A DNA stretch of 64,000 nucleotides from an uncultured bacterium (GCA_903861205.1 CAIOTC010000016.1:10243-74242); one strand, 5' to 3'; positions 1 through 10,865 are shown, counted from the stretch's first letter. Notes: generated by a model not told the origin, from the sequence alone. Numbers and translations: made by a program.

Positions 1-1115
1 GACAACAAAGTATCAACGTAAAAATCAATAATATGTTTCGACCTTTTTAGACAATTTTTAAGTTCCTCCAAATCTTCCTTGGCCAAGTCCGCCGGATCTT
101 TGCCTTCCGGCATCTGGGCCACTTTGAGATCCATACCGAGAGAAAGGGCCAATTTCCCGCTTCTGTCCGAGGCGGCGAAACCTGCACTGTCGCCGTCGTA
201 CGACATAATGATGCGGTTGGAAAGCCGTCGCAGTTTGATGAGATGCTCTGCCGACAGCGCCGTACCGCTCGATGCCACCGTGTTTGTGATGCCGACCTGG
301 TGGAGCATGATGAGATCCATCTGACCCTCCACAAGAATCGAATAATCTTTGATCCGAATATCTTTCTTGGCTTTGTCGAGACCAAACAAAATTTCCGATT
401 TGTTGAAAAGTTGCGTCTCCGGACTGTTCAAATATTTTGGCGACTTATCGTCAGCAACCAAAATTCTGCCGGAAAACCCAACTACTCGGCCGGACGAATC
501 ATTAATCGGAAACATGATGCGTCCGCGAAAAGTATCGTAATAAGTAACTTGGTCGTGCGACGAAGTCGCCTCAACTTCTTTACCTTTTATCACTCCCACC
601 GCCAGCATGTCTTTCTTTGACACACCTTTTGAAAGCAAGAAATCGTGAAGCTCCCTCCAATCGTTCGGAGCGAAACCTATCCTGAAATTTTTAATAGTAC
701 TATCATTAACACCTCGTGAATGAAGATAGTCTAAAGCCTGGCTATTCTCCGAAAGCTGTTTTTCAAAGAAAAATAGCGCTTGTTCCAAAACTGAAAACAA
801 TCTGTCTTTTTCCGTTTTTTCCTCGCGGTTGAAGTGGTCAAGTGTGACTCCGGCTTTTTCGGCCAAAACCTTGAGCGAACCGACAAAATCAAGCCCTTCG
901 AATTCCTGAACAAATGTGAAAATGTCGCCTTTGGCGTGACAACCGAAACAGTAGTAATTTCCGCGATCAGGTGACACAAAAAACGACGGCGTTTTTTCGT
1001 TGTGGAACGGACACCTCCCCTTCCAGTTCGCGCCGGCCTTGTCCAACTTTATGTACGAACCGACGAGCGAAACAATGTCTATTTTTGATTTGATTTGATC
1101 GACGGAAGAAGACAT
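1..1115 (-). CDS. dnaG: DNA primase DnaG (partial; 3' end runs off the window start)
   Basis: Minus-strand ATG at 1115 opens MSSSVDQIKSKIDIVSLVGSYIKLDKAGANWKGRCPFHNEKTPSFFVSPDRGNYYCFGCHAKGD (CHC2 zinc finger), then a TOPRIM-like EGQMDLIMLHQVG...MSYDGDSAG. The frame stays open to position 1. Confidence 0.85.
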   Translation of the reverse strand, partial: MSSSVDQIKSKIDIVSLVGSYIKLDKAGANWKGRCPFHNEKTPSFFVSPDRGNYYCFGCHAKGDIFTFVQEFEGLDFVGSLKVLAEKAGVTLDHFNREEKTEKDRLFSVLEQALFFFEKQLSENSQALDYLHSRGVNDSTIKNFRIGFAPNDWRELHDFLLSKGVSKKDMLAVGVIKGKEVEATSSHDQVTYYDTFRGRIMFPINDSSGRVVGFSGRILVADDKSPKYLNSPETQLFNKSEILFGLDKAKKDIRIKDYSILVEGQMDLIMLHQVGITNTVASSGTALSAEHLIKLRRLSNRIIMSYDGDSAGFAASDRSGKLALSLGMDLKVAQMPEGKDPADLAKEDLEELKNCLKRSKHIIDFYVDTLL

Positions 1116-1120
1116 GGGAA

Positions 1121-1254
1121 TAATTTCCAATTAACAATTTCCAATTTCCAATAAATTTTTCAATGAATCAATTTGCAAACAAACACAATTTCCGTTTGTC
1201 TCATTGGAAAATTGTTAATTCATTGGAAATTGTAAATTGAAAATTGATAATTTA
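1121..1254. repeat. AT-rich palindromic intergenic repeat (ttccaat / attggaa arms) between rpoC and dnaG
   Basis: The 24-mer caatttccaataaatttttcaatg (1142-1165) is identical to 18326-18349. Inverted cattggaaa motifs follow. Confidence 0.6.
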
Positions 1255-4200
1255 CTATTGTTCCACCATTTCCCGATTCTCTGCATAGTATTCTGCCTGT
1301 TTGGTTTTTTTCATATCTTCGATCATCTTTTGTTTCTTGCTTCCAGCAAAACCTGAACCGGCAGGAATGAGTCGTCCGAGAATAACATTTTCCATCAATC
1401 CTGAAAGTTTGTCATCATTACCGCGAATGGCGCTCGAGATGAGCATACGAGTGGTGTGTTGGAACGAAGCGGCTGCCAAAAACGATTTGCGAGAAAGCGA
1501 GACGTCGGTAATACCCATGACCACGCCCTCGGCTTTGGCCTCCTGGCCTCCTGACAATCTGACGCGCGCATTTTCTTCGGCCAAAAACGCCGATTCGACG
1601 ATGTCGCCATACGAGAAGACAGTGTCGCCGGCATCTTTGATCAATTTTCTAGCGAACATCTGGCGAACAATCGTCTCGATGTGTTTGCGCGAAACCGTCT
1701 CTCCTTGGAGCTCATACGGTTTGTTGATTTCGTGAATAATATAGTCGACAGTTTTGTCTTTGCCGGCATATTTGAAGAGTTCGTCGATGTCGGCCGAACC
1801 GTCAGTGATGATGTCACCCTTTTTGATTTCATCGCCGACTTTGACCAAAATCACTCTGTTTGGCGGAATCGAATATTCGATTTGTTGTTTGTTTTTCACT
1901 CTGTCTTCCAAATTCGGAGTGATGACAATAATCTTTTCTTTGTTGGAAAGTTTGATGTCGGAAATAGTTCCGGAAACAGAAGAAACGACGGCCGGGCTTT
2001 TTGGTTTGCGCTTCTCGAAAAGTTCCTCGACGCGAGGCAAACCGGACGTAATGTCTCCGCCGACGGAAGCGGTGCCTCCGGTGTGGAAAGTACGCATGGT
2101 CAGCTGAGTTCCCGGCTCGCCGATAGCTTGTCCGGCAACCGTACCGACAGCTTCGCCGAGTTCAACCACTTTGTTTTTACCCAAATCAGCACCGTAACAT
2201 TTAACGCAAATTCCATTTTGAGTTTTACATGTGAGCGGCGAGCGAACCCAGACTTCGGAAACTTTTTCCGCTTCGATTTTTTGAGCGTCTTTTTTGGAAA
2301 GGAAAGTATCTTTTTTGAAAAGCATTTCGCCGGATGGAGAAACAACATCGGCCGCCAAAAATCTGCCGCGGATGTGTTTGCCGATGGAAATCTCGATGCC
2401 GGAAATGGCGTTTTTGCTGATCTTGATGCTATCTTTCGTTCCACAATCCTCCTCCGTAATAATAGTGTCCTGCGCCACAACGAAAAGTTTGCGCGTCAAA
2501 TATCCGGCCTTGGCGGTGTTGAGCGCGGTGTCGGTCAAACCTTTGCGCGAGCCGTGCGTAGTGATGAAATATTCGATCGGAGTCAATCCCTCTTTCGAGC
2601 ATGACAGAATCGGAAACTCGATTGTCTCGCCGGCGGTGTTGGTGATAAGGCCAATCATGCCTCCCATTTGAGTGATATTTCCCATCGAACCTCGAGCGCC
2701 GGAAAGAACCATGTCGGCCACAGAACCGTTGACTTCAAGTGTCGCCGGCATCAATTTTTCCACTTTGTCTTTGGCGCCGTGCCAAATTTCAGTCGTTTGT
2801 CGCAATTTTTCTTCCTTGGAAATCAGTCCAGCATTATAGTGTTCCATGACTGCATCAGATTTTCCTTTGGCTTCGCTAATGACACCTTTTTTGCCTTCCG
2901 GAACCATAATGTCATCAATGCCCCAGGTCACGCCGGAATGAGTGGCAAATTTAAATCCAAACGATTTTATTTTGTCGATAATCGGCGGAATATTTTCGAT
3001 GCCGTATCTTTCGATCAGCTCGTCGACAATGCCGGCCGTTTTCTTGCGGTCAATGGTTGTGTTGATGAAAGGATAATCGCTCGGCAAAACGCTGTTGAAC
3101 AAAAGTCGCCCAACAGTTGTCTCAAATAATTTTCCTTCAAAGCCGGCATACTTGACGGACTTGGTCGGCAAAACTTTTATTTTTGATCTGAACGAAATAA
3201 CGCCGAAATCGTAAGCGGTAATGGCGTTGTTCGGAGTGGCAAAAATCTTGCCTTCGCCAACTTCGCCCGGAACATCTTTGGTCATCCAGTAGCAACCGAG
3301 AACGATATCGAGAAGTTTGGCCACGATGGTCGGATCGCCGGAGCCAGGTTTCAAAAGATTTTTGTCCGAGGCCATGATTTCGCGAGCTTCGGTTTGAGCT
3401 TCGTCGGACAGCGGAACGTGCACAGCCATCTGGTCGCCGTCGAAGTCCGCGTTGAAAGCCGAGCAAACCATCGGGTGAAGTTGAATAGCATTACCCTCGA
3501 TCAGAATCGGTTGGAAAGCTTGAATGCCGAGTCGGTGCAAAGTCGGAGCGCGGTTGAGCAACACATATTTATCGGCGATGACTTCTTCAAGAATGGCCCA
3601 AACTTCCGGAATACCGTCTTCGATCAGTTTCGACGCTCCGCGAATGTTGTAAGCCAATTCTTTTTTCAAAAGTTGTGAAATGATGAATGGTTTGAAAAGT
3701 TCGAGGGCCATGTGTTTCGGCAAACCGCACTGATGCAGTTTCAAATCCGGACCGACAACAATAACCGAACGGCCGGAATAGTCCACTCTTTTTCCGAGCA
3801 AGTTCTGGCGGAAAATGCCGCGCTTGCCTTTGAGGTTGTCGGAAAGGGATTTGAGTGGTCGTCGCTGAGTAAGGTTAACGGCCGAACCGCTGTTGCCGTG
3901 ACGAATCGAGTTGTCGATGAGAGCGTCAACAGCCTCCTGCAAAATTCTTTTTTCGTTGCGCAAAATAACATCCGGAGCGTGAATATCCTTCAGTTTTTTC
4001 AGTCGGTTGTTTCGGTTAATCACTCGTCGGTACAAATCGTTAACGTCCGATGTGGCATAACGGCCTCCATCAAGCGGAACCATCGGGCGAAGCGCTGGAG
4101 GAATAACCGGAATGTGCGTGAGGAACATCCACTCCGGACGCGTGCCGGAATGAACCATGGCCGCGACAGTCGAGATGCGCTTGTTTATTTTGGCTGATTC

Positions 4201-4941
4201 CATGCTGCCGGCTTTTTCCAGATCGGTTTCAAGTTGCTTCAGCAGTTTGTGCATGTCCACTTTTTTGAAAATTTCGTAGATAGCTTCGGCGCCAATTCCC
4301 GCTTCGAACATCGTGCCGTATTTCATCGAAAAATTGTGATATTCCACTTCGTCGAGAACTCTGCCCTCCTGAATTGATTGAATTTCTGTTTTGGCAGTCA
4401 GCAACATTTCCTTGACCGCTTCTTTTGTTTTTTCATCCTGCAAAGATTTGACCTTGGCTTTGTATTCGGAATCCAAATCTTTCAGATATCTGGTGCGATC
4501 TTCCTCGGAAACTTTGGTGATGATGTAGCCAGCAAAATAAACCACTTTTTCAATTTCAATAGTTGGAATGCCGAGGACCAAAGAAATTCGCGATGGCATC
4601 GACTTCAAAAACCAGATGTGAGAGACGGGCGAAGAAAGCTCAATGTGTCCCATTCTTTCGCGTCTGACGATTGAGCGGGTAATTTCAACTCCGCACTTTT
4701 CGCAGACGATACCTTTAAATCTGATACCGCGATATTTTCCGCAGTAACACTCGTAGTCTTTGTCCGGACCGAAAATTTTCTCGTCGAAAAGACCGGCTTT
4801 CTCGCTGCGCTGGGTTCGATAGTTGATCGTTTCCGGTTTGGTCACCTCGCCGAAAGACCACTCCTTGATGCGTTCCGGAGAAGCGATCTTGAGAGCGATG
4901 GTTTCGAAATCGTTTGCGTTTTGTGATTTTGGTTTTATCAT
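1255..4941 (-). CDS. rpoC: DNA-directed RNA polymerase subunit beta'
   Basis: 1228-aa ORF. It has the beta' zinc-binding CYCGKYRG...CEKCGVE and the catalytic NADFDGDQMAVHVPLS motif. Confidence 0.95.
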   Translation of the reverse strand: MIKPKSQNANDFETIALKIASPERIKEWSFGEVTKPETINYRTQRSEKAGLFDEKIFGPDKDYECYCGKYRGIRFKGIVCEKCGVEITRSIVRRERMGHIELSSPVSHIWFLKSMPSRISLVLGIPTIEIEKVVYFAGYIITKVSEEDRTRYLKDLDSEYKAKVKSLQDEKTKEAVKEMLLTAKTEIQSIQEGRVLDEVEYHNFSMKYGTMFEAGIGAEAIYEIFKKVDMHKLLKQLETDLEKAGSMESAKINKRISTVAAMVHSGTRPEWMFLTHIPVIPPALRPMVPLDGGRYATSDVNDLYRRVINRNNRLKKLKDIHAPDVILRNEKRILQEAVDALIDNSIRHGNSGSAVNLTQRRPLKSLSDNLKGKRGIFRQNLLGKRVDYSGRSVIVVGPDLKLHQCGLPKHMALELFKPFIISQLLKKELAYNIRGASKLIEDGIPEVWAILEEVIADKYVLLNRAPTLHRLGIQAFQPILIEGNAIQLHPMVCSAFNADFDGDQMAVHVPLSDEAQTEAREIMASDKNLLKPGSGDPTIVAKLLDIVLGCYWMTKDVPGEVGEGKIFATPNNAITAYDFGVISFRSKIKVLPTKSVKYAGFEGKLFETTVGRLLFNSVLPSDYPFINTTIDRKKTAGIVDELIERYGIENIPPIIDKIKSFGFKFATHSGVTWGIDDIMVPEGKKGVISEAKGKSDAVMEHYNAGLISKEEKLRQTTEIWHGAKDKVEKLMPATLEVNGSVADMVLSGARGSMGNITQMGGMIGLITNTAGETIEFPILSCSKEGLTPIEYFITTHGSRKGLTDTALNTAKAGYLTRKLFVVAQDTIITEEDCGTKDSIKISKNAISGIEISIGKHIRGRFLAADVVSPSGEMLFKKDTFLSKKDAQKIEAEKVSEVWVRSPLTCKTQNGICVKCYGADLGKNKVVELGEAVGTVAGQAIGEPGTQLTMRTFHTGGTASVGGDITSGLPRVEELFEKRKPKSPAVVSSVSGTISDIKLSNKEKIIVITPNLEDRVKNKQQIEYSIPPNRVILVKVGDEIKKGDIITDGSADIDELFKYAGKDKTVDYIIHEINKPYELQGETVSRKHIETIVRQMFARKLIKDAGDTVFSYGDIVESAFLAEENARVRLSGGQEAKAEGVVMGITDVSLSRKSFLAAASFQHTTRMLISSAIRGNDDKLSGLMENVILGRLIPAGSGFAGSKKQKMIEDMKKTKQAEYYAENREMVEQ

Positions 4942-5025
4942 AATAGTTTTATAAGTTTAATAAGGTGTATAAGTTTAATAAGTTTTGCATTCTGACTTAT
5001 TCAACTTTTTAAACTTTTTCAACTT
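4942..5025. repeat. rpoB-rpoC intergenic hairpin element with multi-frame stop motif (gttgaaaaagtttaaaaagttgaataag on the coding strand)
   Basis: The motif overlaps the rpoB stop. Related copies follow infB (19931-19958) and rpsA (56008-56035). It is followed by inverted cttattaaact repeats. Confidence 0.5.
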
Positions 5026-8000
5026 CCCCTCCTCCTCTTTTAATTTGAACATCCAATGCCAGACCTCGCAGGTTGTTCAGAAGCACGTTAAATGACGCCG
5101 GTGTGTTGAGCTGGGTAATCGGTTCGCCTTTGACGATGGCGTCGAATGCCGCCGATCGTCCCAAAATGTCGTCCGACTTGATCGTCAAAATTTCCTGCAA
5201 AGTGTGAGCCGCGCCGTGTCCGAGAAGAGCCCAGACTTCCATTTCTCCGAATCGCTGTCCTCCGTTTTGAGCTTTTCCGCCGAGCGGTTGCTGAGTAATG
5301 AGTGAGTACGGTCCAATCGAACGCATGTGGATTTTGTCTTCCACCATGTGATGCAATTTCAAAATGTACATGTAGCCGACAGCAATATCTTTTTCGAATT
5401 TTTCTCCGGTGCGTCCGTCGTAAAGCGGAATTTTTCCATTCTCGGGAAAACCGGCTTTCTTCAATTCAGATTTTATTTCTTCATCCGTTGCTCCGACGAA
5501 TGGTGGAACAATAGCCTGGTAGCCGAGAGTGTTGGCCGCCAGTCCCAGGTGAATTTCCAAAATTTGTCCGAGGTTCATACGCGAAGGCACGCCAAGCGGT
5601 GTCAAAATGACATCGATCGGAGTTCCGTCCGCCATGTATGGCATGTCTTCCTCCGGCAAGATTCGCGAGATGACACCTTTGTTGCCGTGTCGTCCTGCCA
5701 ATTTGTCGCCGACAGAAATGTTTCTGACCTGCGCCACTTCTATATAAATTTGTTTGATGATTCCCGAATCAAGTTTGTCGCCTTTTTCGCGCGAGAAAAC
5801 TTGAACCTTGATGACACGTCCGCGCTTTCCGCCCTCCATTCTCTTTGACGTATCTTTGACGTCGCGGGCTTTGTCGCCGAAAAGCGATCGAAGTAGCCTC
5901 TCCTCCGGTGTCAGTTGTGTTTCGCCTTTCGGTGTGATTTTGCCGACCAGAATGTCGCCTGGACGAACCTCGGCTCCGACGCGAACGATGCCATCCTCGG
6001 CCAAGTTTTTCAGTTTCAGTTCACCGACGTTCGGAATGTCGCATGTCGTCACTTCCGGTCCGAGTTTGGTGTCGCGAACGTTGACCACGAATTCCTCGAT
6101 GTGAATTGAGGTGAATTTGCTGTTTTTGATAACGCGTTCAGAAAGAATAATAGCGTCTTCATAGTTTGATCCGCTCCATGACATGAAAGCCACCAGCATA
6201 TTTTGGCCGAGCGCGGTCTGGCCGTTTTCCGAAGCGGATGTGTCCGCCAAAACGTCGCCTTTCTTGACTTTGTCGCCGATCGAAACCGACGGTCGCTGAT
6301 GAAAACATGTAAAACCGTTTGTTCTTGAAAAATGAATCAGTTTATAAATAGTATCCTTGCCTTTGTTATCTTTGACGGTCACTTTGGTACTGTCGGCGCT
6401 TGTTACTATTCCGCTTTCGGCGGCAACAACCAAACGTCCGGTGTCTTTCAGGGCGTGAGTTTCCATGCCGGTAGCCACGAGCGGTGCTTCCGGAATGATG
6501 CACGGTGTGGCTTGCTTCTGCATGTTGGAAGCCATCAACGCTCTGGTTGAGTAGTCGTGATTGAGAAACGGAATCATCGACGTGGCAATCGAAAAGGCTT
6601 GATTGGTGGCCACATCCATGAAATCCACTTTGTTTTTTGGCGTCGTACTTGGATTTCCTTCGAAACGCACTTCAACTTCGTCCACCAAAATTTTTCCTTC
6701 ATCGTCATAAGGCGTGGCGGCGTGAGCGATGGCGAAGCTTTCCTCCTCCGACGCGTTCATATAAACAATCTCGTCGGTGATTTTTCCGTTTTTAACTTTG
6801 ACGTATGGAGTTTCAATCATGCCAAAATTGTTCAGTCGCGCATAAATAGCCAAACGCAAAACGAGACCGATGTTCGGGCCTTCCGGCGTGTGGATCGGAC
6901 AAATGCGTCCGTAGTGAGAATGGTGCACGTCGCGAACTTCAAAACCGGCGCGAGCGCGATTCAGTCCTCCGGCTCCGAGCGCGGAGAGCATTCGCAAATG
7001 TTCGATTTCGGCCAACGGATTTTCCTGTTGCATCAATTGAGCCAGCTGGTTGGTCGTGAAAAATTCTTTCATTCTGGCCTGAAGCGGTTTCGGAGAAATA
7101 AATTGGACAGGCAGTGTGACATCGGTATCGATGGTCGACATTCTGTTTTGAATGTTTCGTTTGATTTGCGCCATACCGGTGCGAATTTTTTGCTGGAAAA
7201 GTTCTCCGACAAAACGAACGCGTCGCGATCCGAGGTGATCGATATCGTCTTCCATCGCGCCGACTGTGTTATTAAGCAAAGCAATGTGAGAAACGATGGT
7301 CGTGACATCCTCGAGAGAAACTGTTTTTCGTTTCAACTCCTTTTCGCCCATGTCCTTGCCGAAGCGTTTGTTGAATCGGTATCGTCCGACAGGCGAAAGG
7401 TCGTATCTTTCGGTATCAAAAATGGAATTGACGAAATCGCGAGCATTTTCGGCCGTGGCCAAATCCCCGTCGCGAAGTCGTTTGTGTATGTCTATAAATG
7501 CGTCATCGAGCGTTTTGGCATGATCCTTGGCCAGCGTTTTTTCGATGGCTGTTTTGGTGTTTAGATCACCCTCAAAAAGTTTGACAATGTCTGTATCGGT
7601 GTGCGCGCCCAAAATACGCAGAAGTGCCGTGGCGGAAAACTTTCGCTTGCGGTCGATGCGAACGTAAATCAGTCCATCGGCGTCAGATTCGATTTCCACC
7701 CAAGCTCCGCGAGCCGGAATTATTTTGGCGCCAAAAAGTTTTCGCCCTTTGACTTCCGATGCGGTGAAAAATACTCCATATGATCGGGCCAGTTGGGGCA
7801 CAACCACGCGCTCGATGCCGGAAATAATGAAAGTTCCATGCGAAGTCATCAGTGGAAAATCAGCCATGAAAATTTCCTGCTCTTTGGTCGAGTTCAAAAT
7901 GAGATTTTTCAGGCGGACTTTGACTTTGAGCGGAGCTTCGTAGGAGAGTTTGTTGTCCTTGGCGTAATATTCGTCGTATTTTGGAGAGGCAAGCTCAAAA

Positions 8001-8209
8001 CCGGTGAAATCCAGCTGGAATTTCTTTTCCGAGTAGTCTTTGATCGAGGAAAATTCCTCGAAAACTTCTTTCAGTCCTTTTTCAATCAGCCACTTGAATG
8101 ATTCCACTTGCGGTTCAACAAAATTCGGCGCTTTGACAAAAGGCTCTTTGAACCTTCCAAAAAACTTTTGCGGTCGTGCACTTTGTGCGGTGTGTGTGGA
8201 TGTGGACAT
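5009..8209 (-). CDS. rpoB: DNA-directed RNA polymerase subunit beta
   Basis: 1073-aa ORF (GTG at 8230 or ATG at 8209, MSTSTHTAQ...). It has conserved beta-subunit blocks such as GGQRFGEMEVWALLGHGAAHTLQE. Confidence 0.95.
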   Translation of the reverse strand: MSTSTHTAQSARPQKFFGRFKEPFVKAPNFVEPQVESFKWLIEKGLKEVFEEFSSIKDYSEKKFQLDFTGFELASPKYDEYYAKDNKLSYEAPLKVKVRLKNLILNSTKEQEIFMADFPLMTSHGTFIISGIERVVVPQLARSYGVFFTASEVKGRKLFGAKIIPARGAWVEIESDADGLIYVRIDRKRKFSATALLRILGAHTDTDIVKLFEGDLNTKTAIEKTLAKDHAKTLDDAFIDIHKRLRDGDLATAENARDFVNSIFDTERYDLSPVGRYRFNKRFGKDMGEKELKRKTVSLEDVTTIVSHIALLNNTVGAMEDDIDHLGSRRVRFVGELFQQKIRTGMAQIKRNIQNRMSTIDTDVTLPVQFISPKPLQARMKEFFTTNQLAQLMQQENPLAEIEHLRMLSALGAGGLNRARAGFEVRDVHHSHYGRICPIHTPEGPNIGLVLRLAIYARLNNFGMIETPYVKVKNGKITDEIVYMNASEEESFAIAHAATPYDDEGKILVDEVEVRFEGNPSTTPKNKVDFMDVATNQAFSIATSMIPFLNHDYSTRALMASNMQKQATPCIIPEAPLVATGMETHALKDTGRLVVAAESGIVTSADSTKVTVKDNKGKDTIYKLIHFSRTNGFTCFHQRPSVSIGDKVKKGDVLADTSASENGQTALGQNMLVAFMSWSGSNYEDAIILSERVIKNSKFTSIHIEEFVVNVRDTKLGPEVTTCDIPNVGELKLKNLAEDGIVRVGAEVRPGDILVGKITPKGETQLTPEERLLRSLFGDKARDVKDTSKRMEGGKRGRVIKVQVFSREKGDKLDSGIIKQIYIEVAQVRNISVGDKLAGRHGNKGVISRILPEEDMPYMADGTPIDVILTPLGVPSRMNLGQILEIHLGLAANTLGYQAIVPPFVGATDEEIKSELKKAGFPENGKIPLYDGRTGEKFEKDIAVGYMYILKLHHMVEDKIHMRSIGPYSLITQQPLGGKAQNGGQRFGEMEVWALLGHGAAHTLQEILTIKSDDILGRSAAFDAIVKGEPITQLNTPASFNVLLNNLRGLALDVQIKRGGGEVEKV

Positions 8210-8587
8210 ATATATAGTGTAAATTAACACTGTTAATTAATTTGCAAAAACAAAAAACACACAAACGAAAATGAGCTCTTCCCCAAGAGCTTGTTTATTT
8301 TATTGGTCTTTAGCGATTGTTTCGCAAAATAGTATTTAAAATAGGGACCAATACCTGTTAATCCTCTTTTCTTCGGACGAAACTCAATCGGATGAAGTTA
8401 GGTTGAAGTATACTCTAAAGCTCCACCTCTTGTCAACCCTTTTATCACTTTATCGAAGTCAAGTCCAGCTTGTGCATATCTTTTTCGTTAAATAATGGCT
8501 AATAATATAAATATATTCGCATAATAATGATTGAAACCACTCAAATTAAGTCAACCAACTTATCCACATGTAATGCACAGGAGATTA

Positions 8588-8744
8588 GATTGCAATGTAT
8601 TTTTCCTCGACCGACCGTCGTCTCCTGCGGACGACGGTCTCTGATCCTCGGCCTGAACTTGTCAATGAGCCCCGCCCAAAAAGCGGGGTCGTTGACAAGT
8701 CCAAGCTTCAGGCCTGCGGAGCCGAGGAAAAATACATTGCAATC
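8588..8744. mobile_element. MITE-like palindromic element with 22-bp perfect terminal inverted repeats
   Basis: gattgcaatgtatttttcctcg (8588-8609) is the exact reverse complement of cgaggaaaaatacattgcaatc (8723-8744). Internal GC hairpins gaccgtcgtc/gacgacggtc and ccccgc/gcgggg. The TIR shares tcgaggaaaat with the 17614/52781 element. Confidence 0.5.
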
Positions 8745-8778
8745 GAATCTTCCGTGGTGAATTTGCATTCGCATTCAA

Positions 8779-8816
8779 GGTCTGGCCTTGGGAAATTGGG
8801 CATTAAAGGCCAGACC
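8779..8816. repeat. 38-bp hairpin repeat ggtctggccttgggaaattgggcattaaaggccagacc (copy 1), overlapping the MGMT 3' end
   Basis: 11-bp stem GGTCTGGCCTT/AAGGCCAGACC. A second copy (36/38 identical) sits at 16849-16886 inside iscS. Here it encodes the last five codons QRSGL and the TAA stop of the MGMT gene. Confidence 0.8.
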
Positions 8817-9081
8817 TTTGGAGAATTTTGCACCCCTCCTCTTCCAGTATTTTTCTTTTCTTTATAGTTCCCTTATTGTACCCGCCCAACTTCCCATCCG
8901 ACCGAATCACTCGGTGACACGGAATGTCCGGATCATGATTTGTATGCAAGATATTCCCCACAGCTCTAGACGCCAGTGGACTACCAGCTTTTTCCGCCAC
9001 TTCTTTATACGTTAAAACTTTTCCCTTCGGGATCTTCCTCACAACTTCAAAAACCCTTTCTGTAAATGTTTTCTTTGTCAT
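8803..9081 (-). CDS. Methylated-DNA-protein-cysteine methyltransferase (O6-alkylguanine alkyltransferase) DNA-binding/active-site domain protein
   Basis: 92 aa with the PCHRV active-site motif (HTNHDPDIPCHRVIRSDGKLGGY) typical of Ogt/MGMT C-terminal domains. Confidence 0.7.
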   Translation of the reverse strand: MTKKTFTERVFEVVRKIPKGKVLTYKEVAEKAGSPLASRAVGNILHTNHDPDIPCHRVIRSDGKLGGYNKGTIKKRKILEEEGCKILQRSGL

Positions 9082-9109
9082 AGAACCCTATATCATACCA
9101 ACATGAATT

Positions 9110-10813
9110 TTACAAAAACAACCTCACCAACCGAATTTTAAGATATGTAGATTTTTTCTTGTGTTTGGCCAGATAATTATAAATAGGTGCCAAAGTTTCG
9201 GTTTTGACTGTTTCAAATGCCTCGACAATATCGTCAAACTCACCGCGACGCAATTCCCTTTTGAGATAATCAACATCGGGGCACTGTTTTTTCTCTCTCA
9301 ATTTTTCAATGTGCGAAATAATGGTTTCCGGCGTGACCACTCGCCTGTCGGCAATTTCCGAAAGTGGCAGTTCTTGTTCCAAAAGTTCCTTGGTAAGCAT
9401 TTCCGTCGACTTTTTTGTTTTTTTCTCCAGCAATTTCACTTTCTTTTTTTCATCCGGCTCAATTTTACTCATAAATTCTCTCTGCTTTCCCAAAATTTCC
9501 TCGCCGGACATTAGAGTTAAATCGTTTTCCGCGTCCTCCGACAATTCTCTGAAATATTTGTCCTTTTCCAAAACTTCCGGATCAACACGCAGAGCCATTT
9601 CGTTGAAACCAATGAGCTTCATGCCGGCAAGCGATCGGACACGCGACAAGGCGACATATCCCATTCCAGCCACGAACGATTTCGACAAATCCACTTCCAT
9701 GGCATCAAGCGACATCCCCTGGCTTTTGTGCACGGTGATAGCCCAAGCCAAGCGAAGTGGAAACTGGGTAATTTCGGCTTTTGTTTTTCCATCCTCCTCG
9801 ATTTGCCATGACGTCGGCGAAACACTGATGAGCTCGCGACTGACCAGACGCACCTCAGGTTCGCCGTACTGATTGAAACGTTCCACCACGCCGAGCGTGC
9901 CGTTGACGTATTTTCCCTCCTGATGATTTTTGGTAAACATGACTTTGGCGCCGACTTTCAGCGACAAAACTTCCGGTGACAAACAATTTTTCTTCATCGT
10001 CTCCACCAAATGCCGCGAACCTGTCCAGATCATCTCGAAATCTTTTTGCTCGGCGGAAATGAGCGAGAGATATTTGTTGTTGATGATGTCCACATCAATA
10101 TTGTGTGTGAAAAGTTTTGTCGGCCCGGCTGCGACGAGACTCTCACCTGGTGTCCACGGCGTAGCAACGTTACACCCTGGTGTGAGTCCGGTCGCCTTTC
10201 TTTCCAACAGCTCACGAGTTTTATTACTAACTCTATTTTCCCTAATCTCATTTAAAATTTGCAAATATGCTTTGTCTTTTTGGCGGAACTGCTCGGAAAT
10301 ATAACAAACGGTAAAACCGGAATCCTGCCAGCTGTCCGCCTTGAAGGCAAACTGCGATTCTAAAATTTCTCCGCGTGTTACCGGTGGCAGTTGAAAAAAA
10401 TCTCCGCAGAGAACGATTTGCATTCCACCAAAAGGTTTTTCATTTCGTTTGAATTGCCGGCAAATCCAGTCGATCATATCGAGACGAAAATGGTGGAGCA
10501 TGGAAACTTCGTCGATAACCAAAACTTTAGCATTTTCAAAACGTTTGTAGAGATAGGCCTTTTGCATCATGTCGTCGATGTCGCGGTCGGTCAAAGTGTC
10601 GCGCACGCCAAGCCCCGACCACGAGTGAATGGTTTGCCCGCCGATATGAGTGGCCGCAATGCCCGTCGAGGCCGTAACCGCCACCGAAACCGCGTGCGAT
10701 TTGAGGTAGTCGATGTACTCGCGAAGCACATACGTTTTTCCGCTCCCCGCCGCGCCAGTCAAAAAAACATTCTTACCCATCTTCAAAATATCCAGCGCTT
10801 CTTTTTGTAACAT
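9110..10813 (-). CDS. PIF1-family ATP-dependent DNA helicase with C-terminal HTH-like extension
   Basis: Walker A FLTGAAGSGKT, VLVIDEVSML, CGDFFQLPPV, TVHKSQG. The C-terminal ~110 aa are basic and helical. Confidence 0.8.
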   Translation of the reverse strand: MLQKEALDILKMGKNVFLTGAAGSGKTYVLREYIDYLKSHAVSVAVTASTGIAATHIGGQTIHSWSGLGVRDTLTDRDIDDMMQKAYLYKRFENAKVLVIDEVSMLHHFRLDMIDWICRQFKRNEKPFGGMQIVLCGDFFQLPPVTRGEILESQFAFKADSWQDSGFTVCYISEQFRQKDKAYLQILNEIRENRVSNKTRELLERKATGLTPGCNVATPWTPGESLVAAGPTKLFTHNIDVDIINNKYLSLISAEQKDFEMIWTGSRHLVETMKKNCLSPEVLSLKVGAKVMFTKNHQEGKYVNGTLGVVERFNQYGEPEVRLVSRELISVSPTSWQIEEDGKTKAEITQFPLRLAWAITVHKSQGMSLDAMEVDLSKSFVAGMGYVALSRVRSLAGMKLIGFNEMALRVDPEVLEKDKYFRELSEDAENDLTLMSGEEILGKQREFMSKIEPDEKKKVKLLEKKTKKSTEMLTKELLEQELPLSEIADRRVVTPETIISHIEKLREKKQCPDVDYLKRELRRGEFDDIVEAFETVKTETLAPIYNYLAKHKKKSTYLKIRLVRLFL

Positions 10814-10865
10814 GCAAACATTGTATCAACCTTAAGTTCTCAAGTCTATTAAATTTAAATATTAT

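Noticed and set aside
1681-2604. Long antisense or alternative-frame ORFs inside rpoC, rpoB, gyrA and the 1213-aa gene (e.g. 1681-2604, 6557-7564, 49076-50062, 50111-51145)
   Set aside because: They lie opposite or out of frame to strongly supported, motif-bearing genes. This is typical spurious ORF content in long coding regions.
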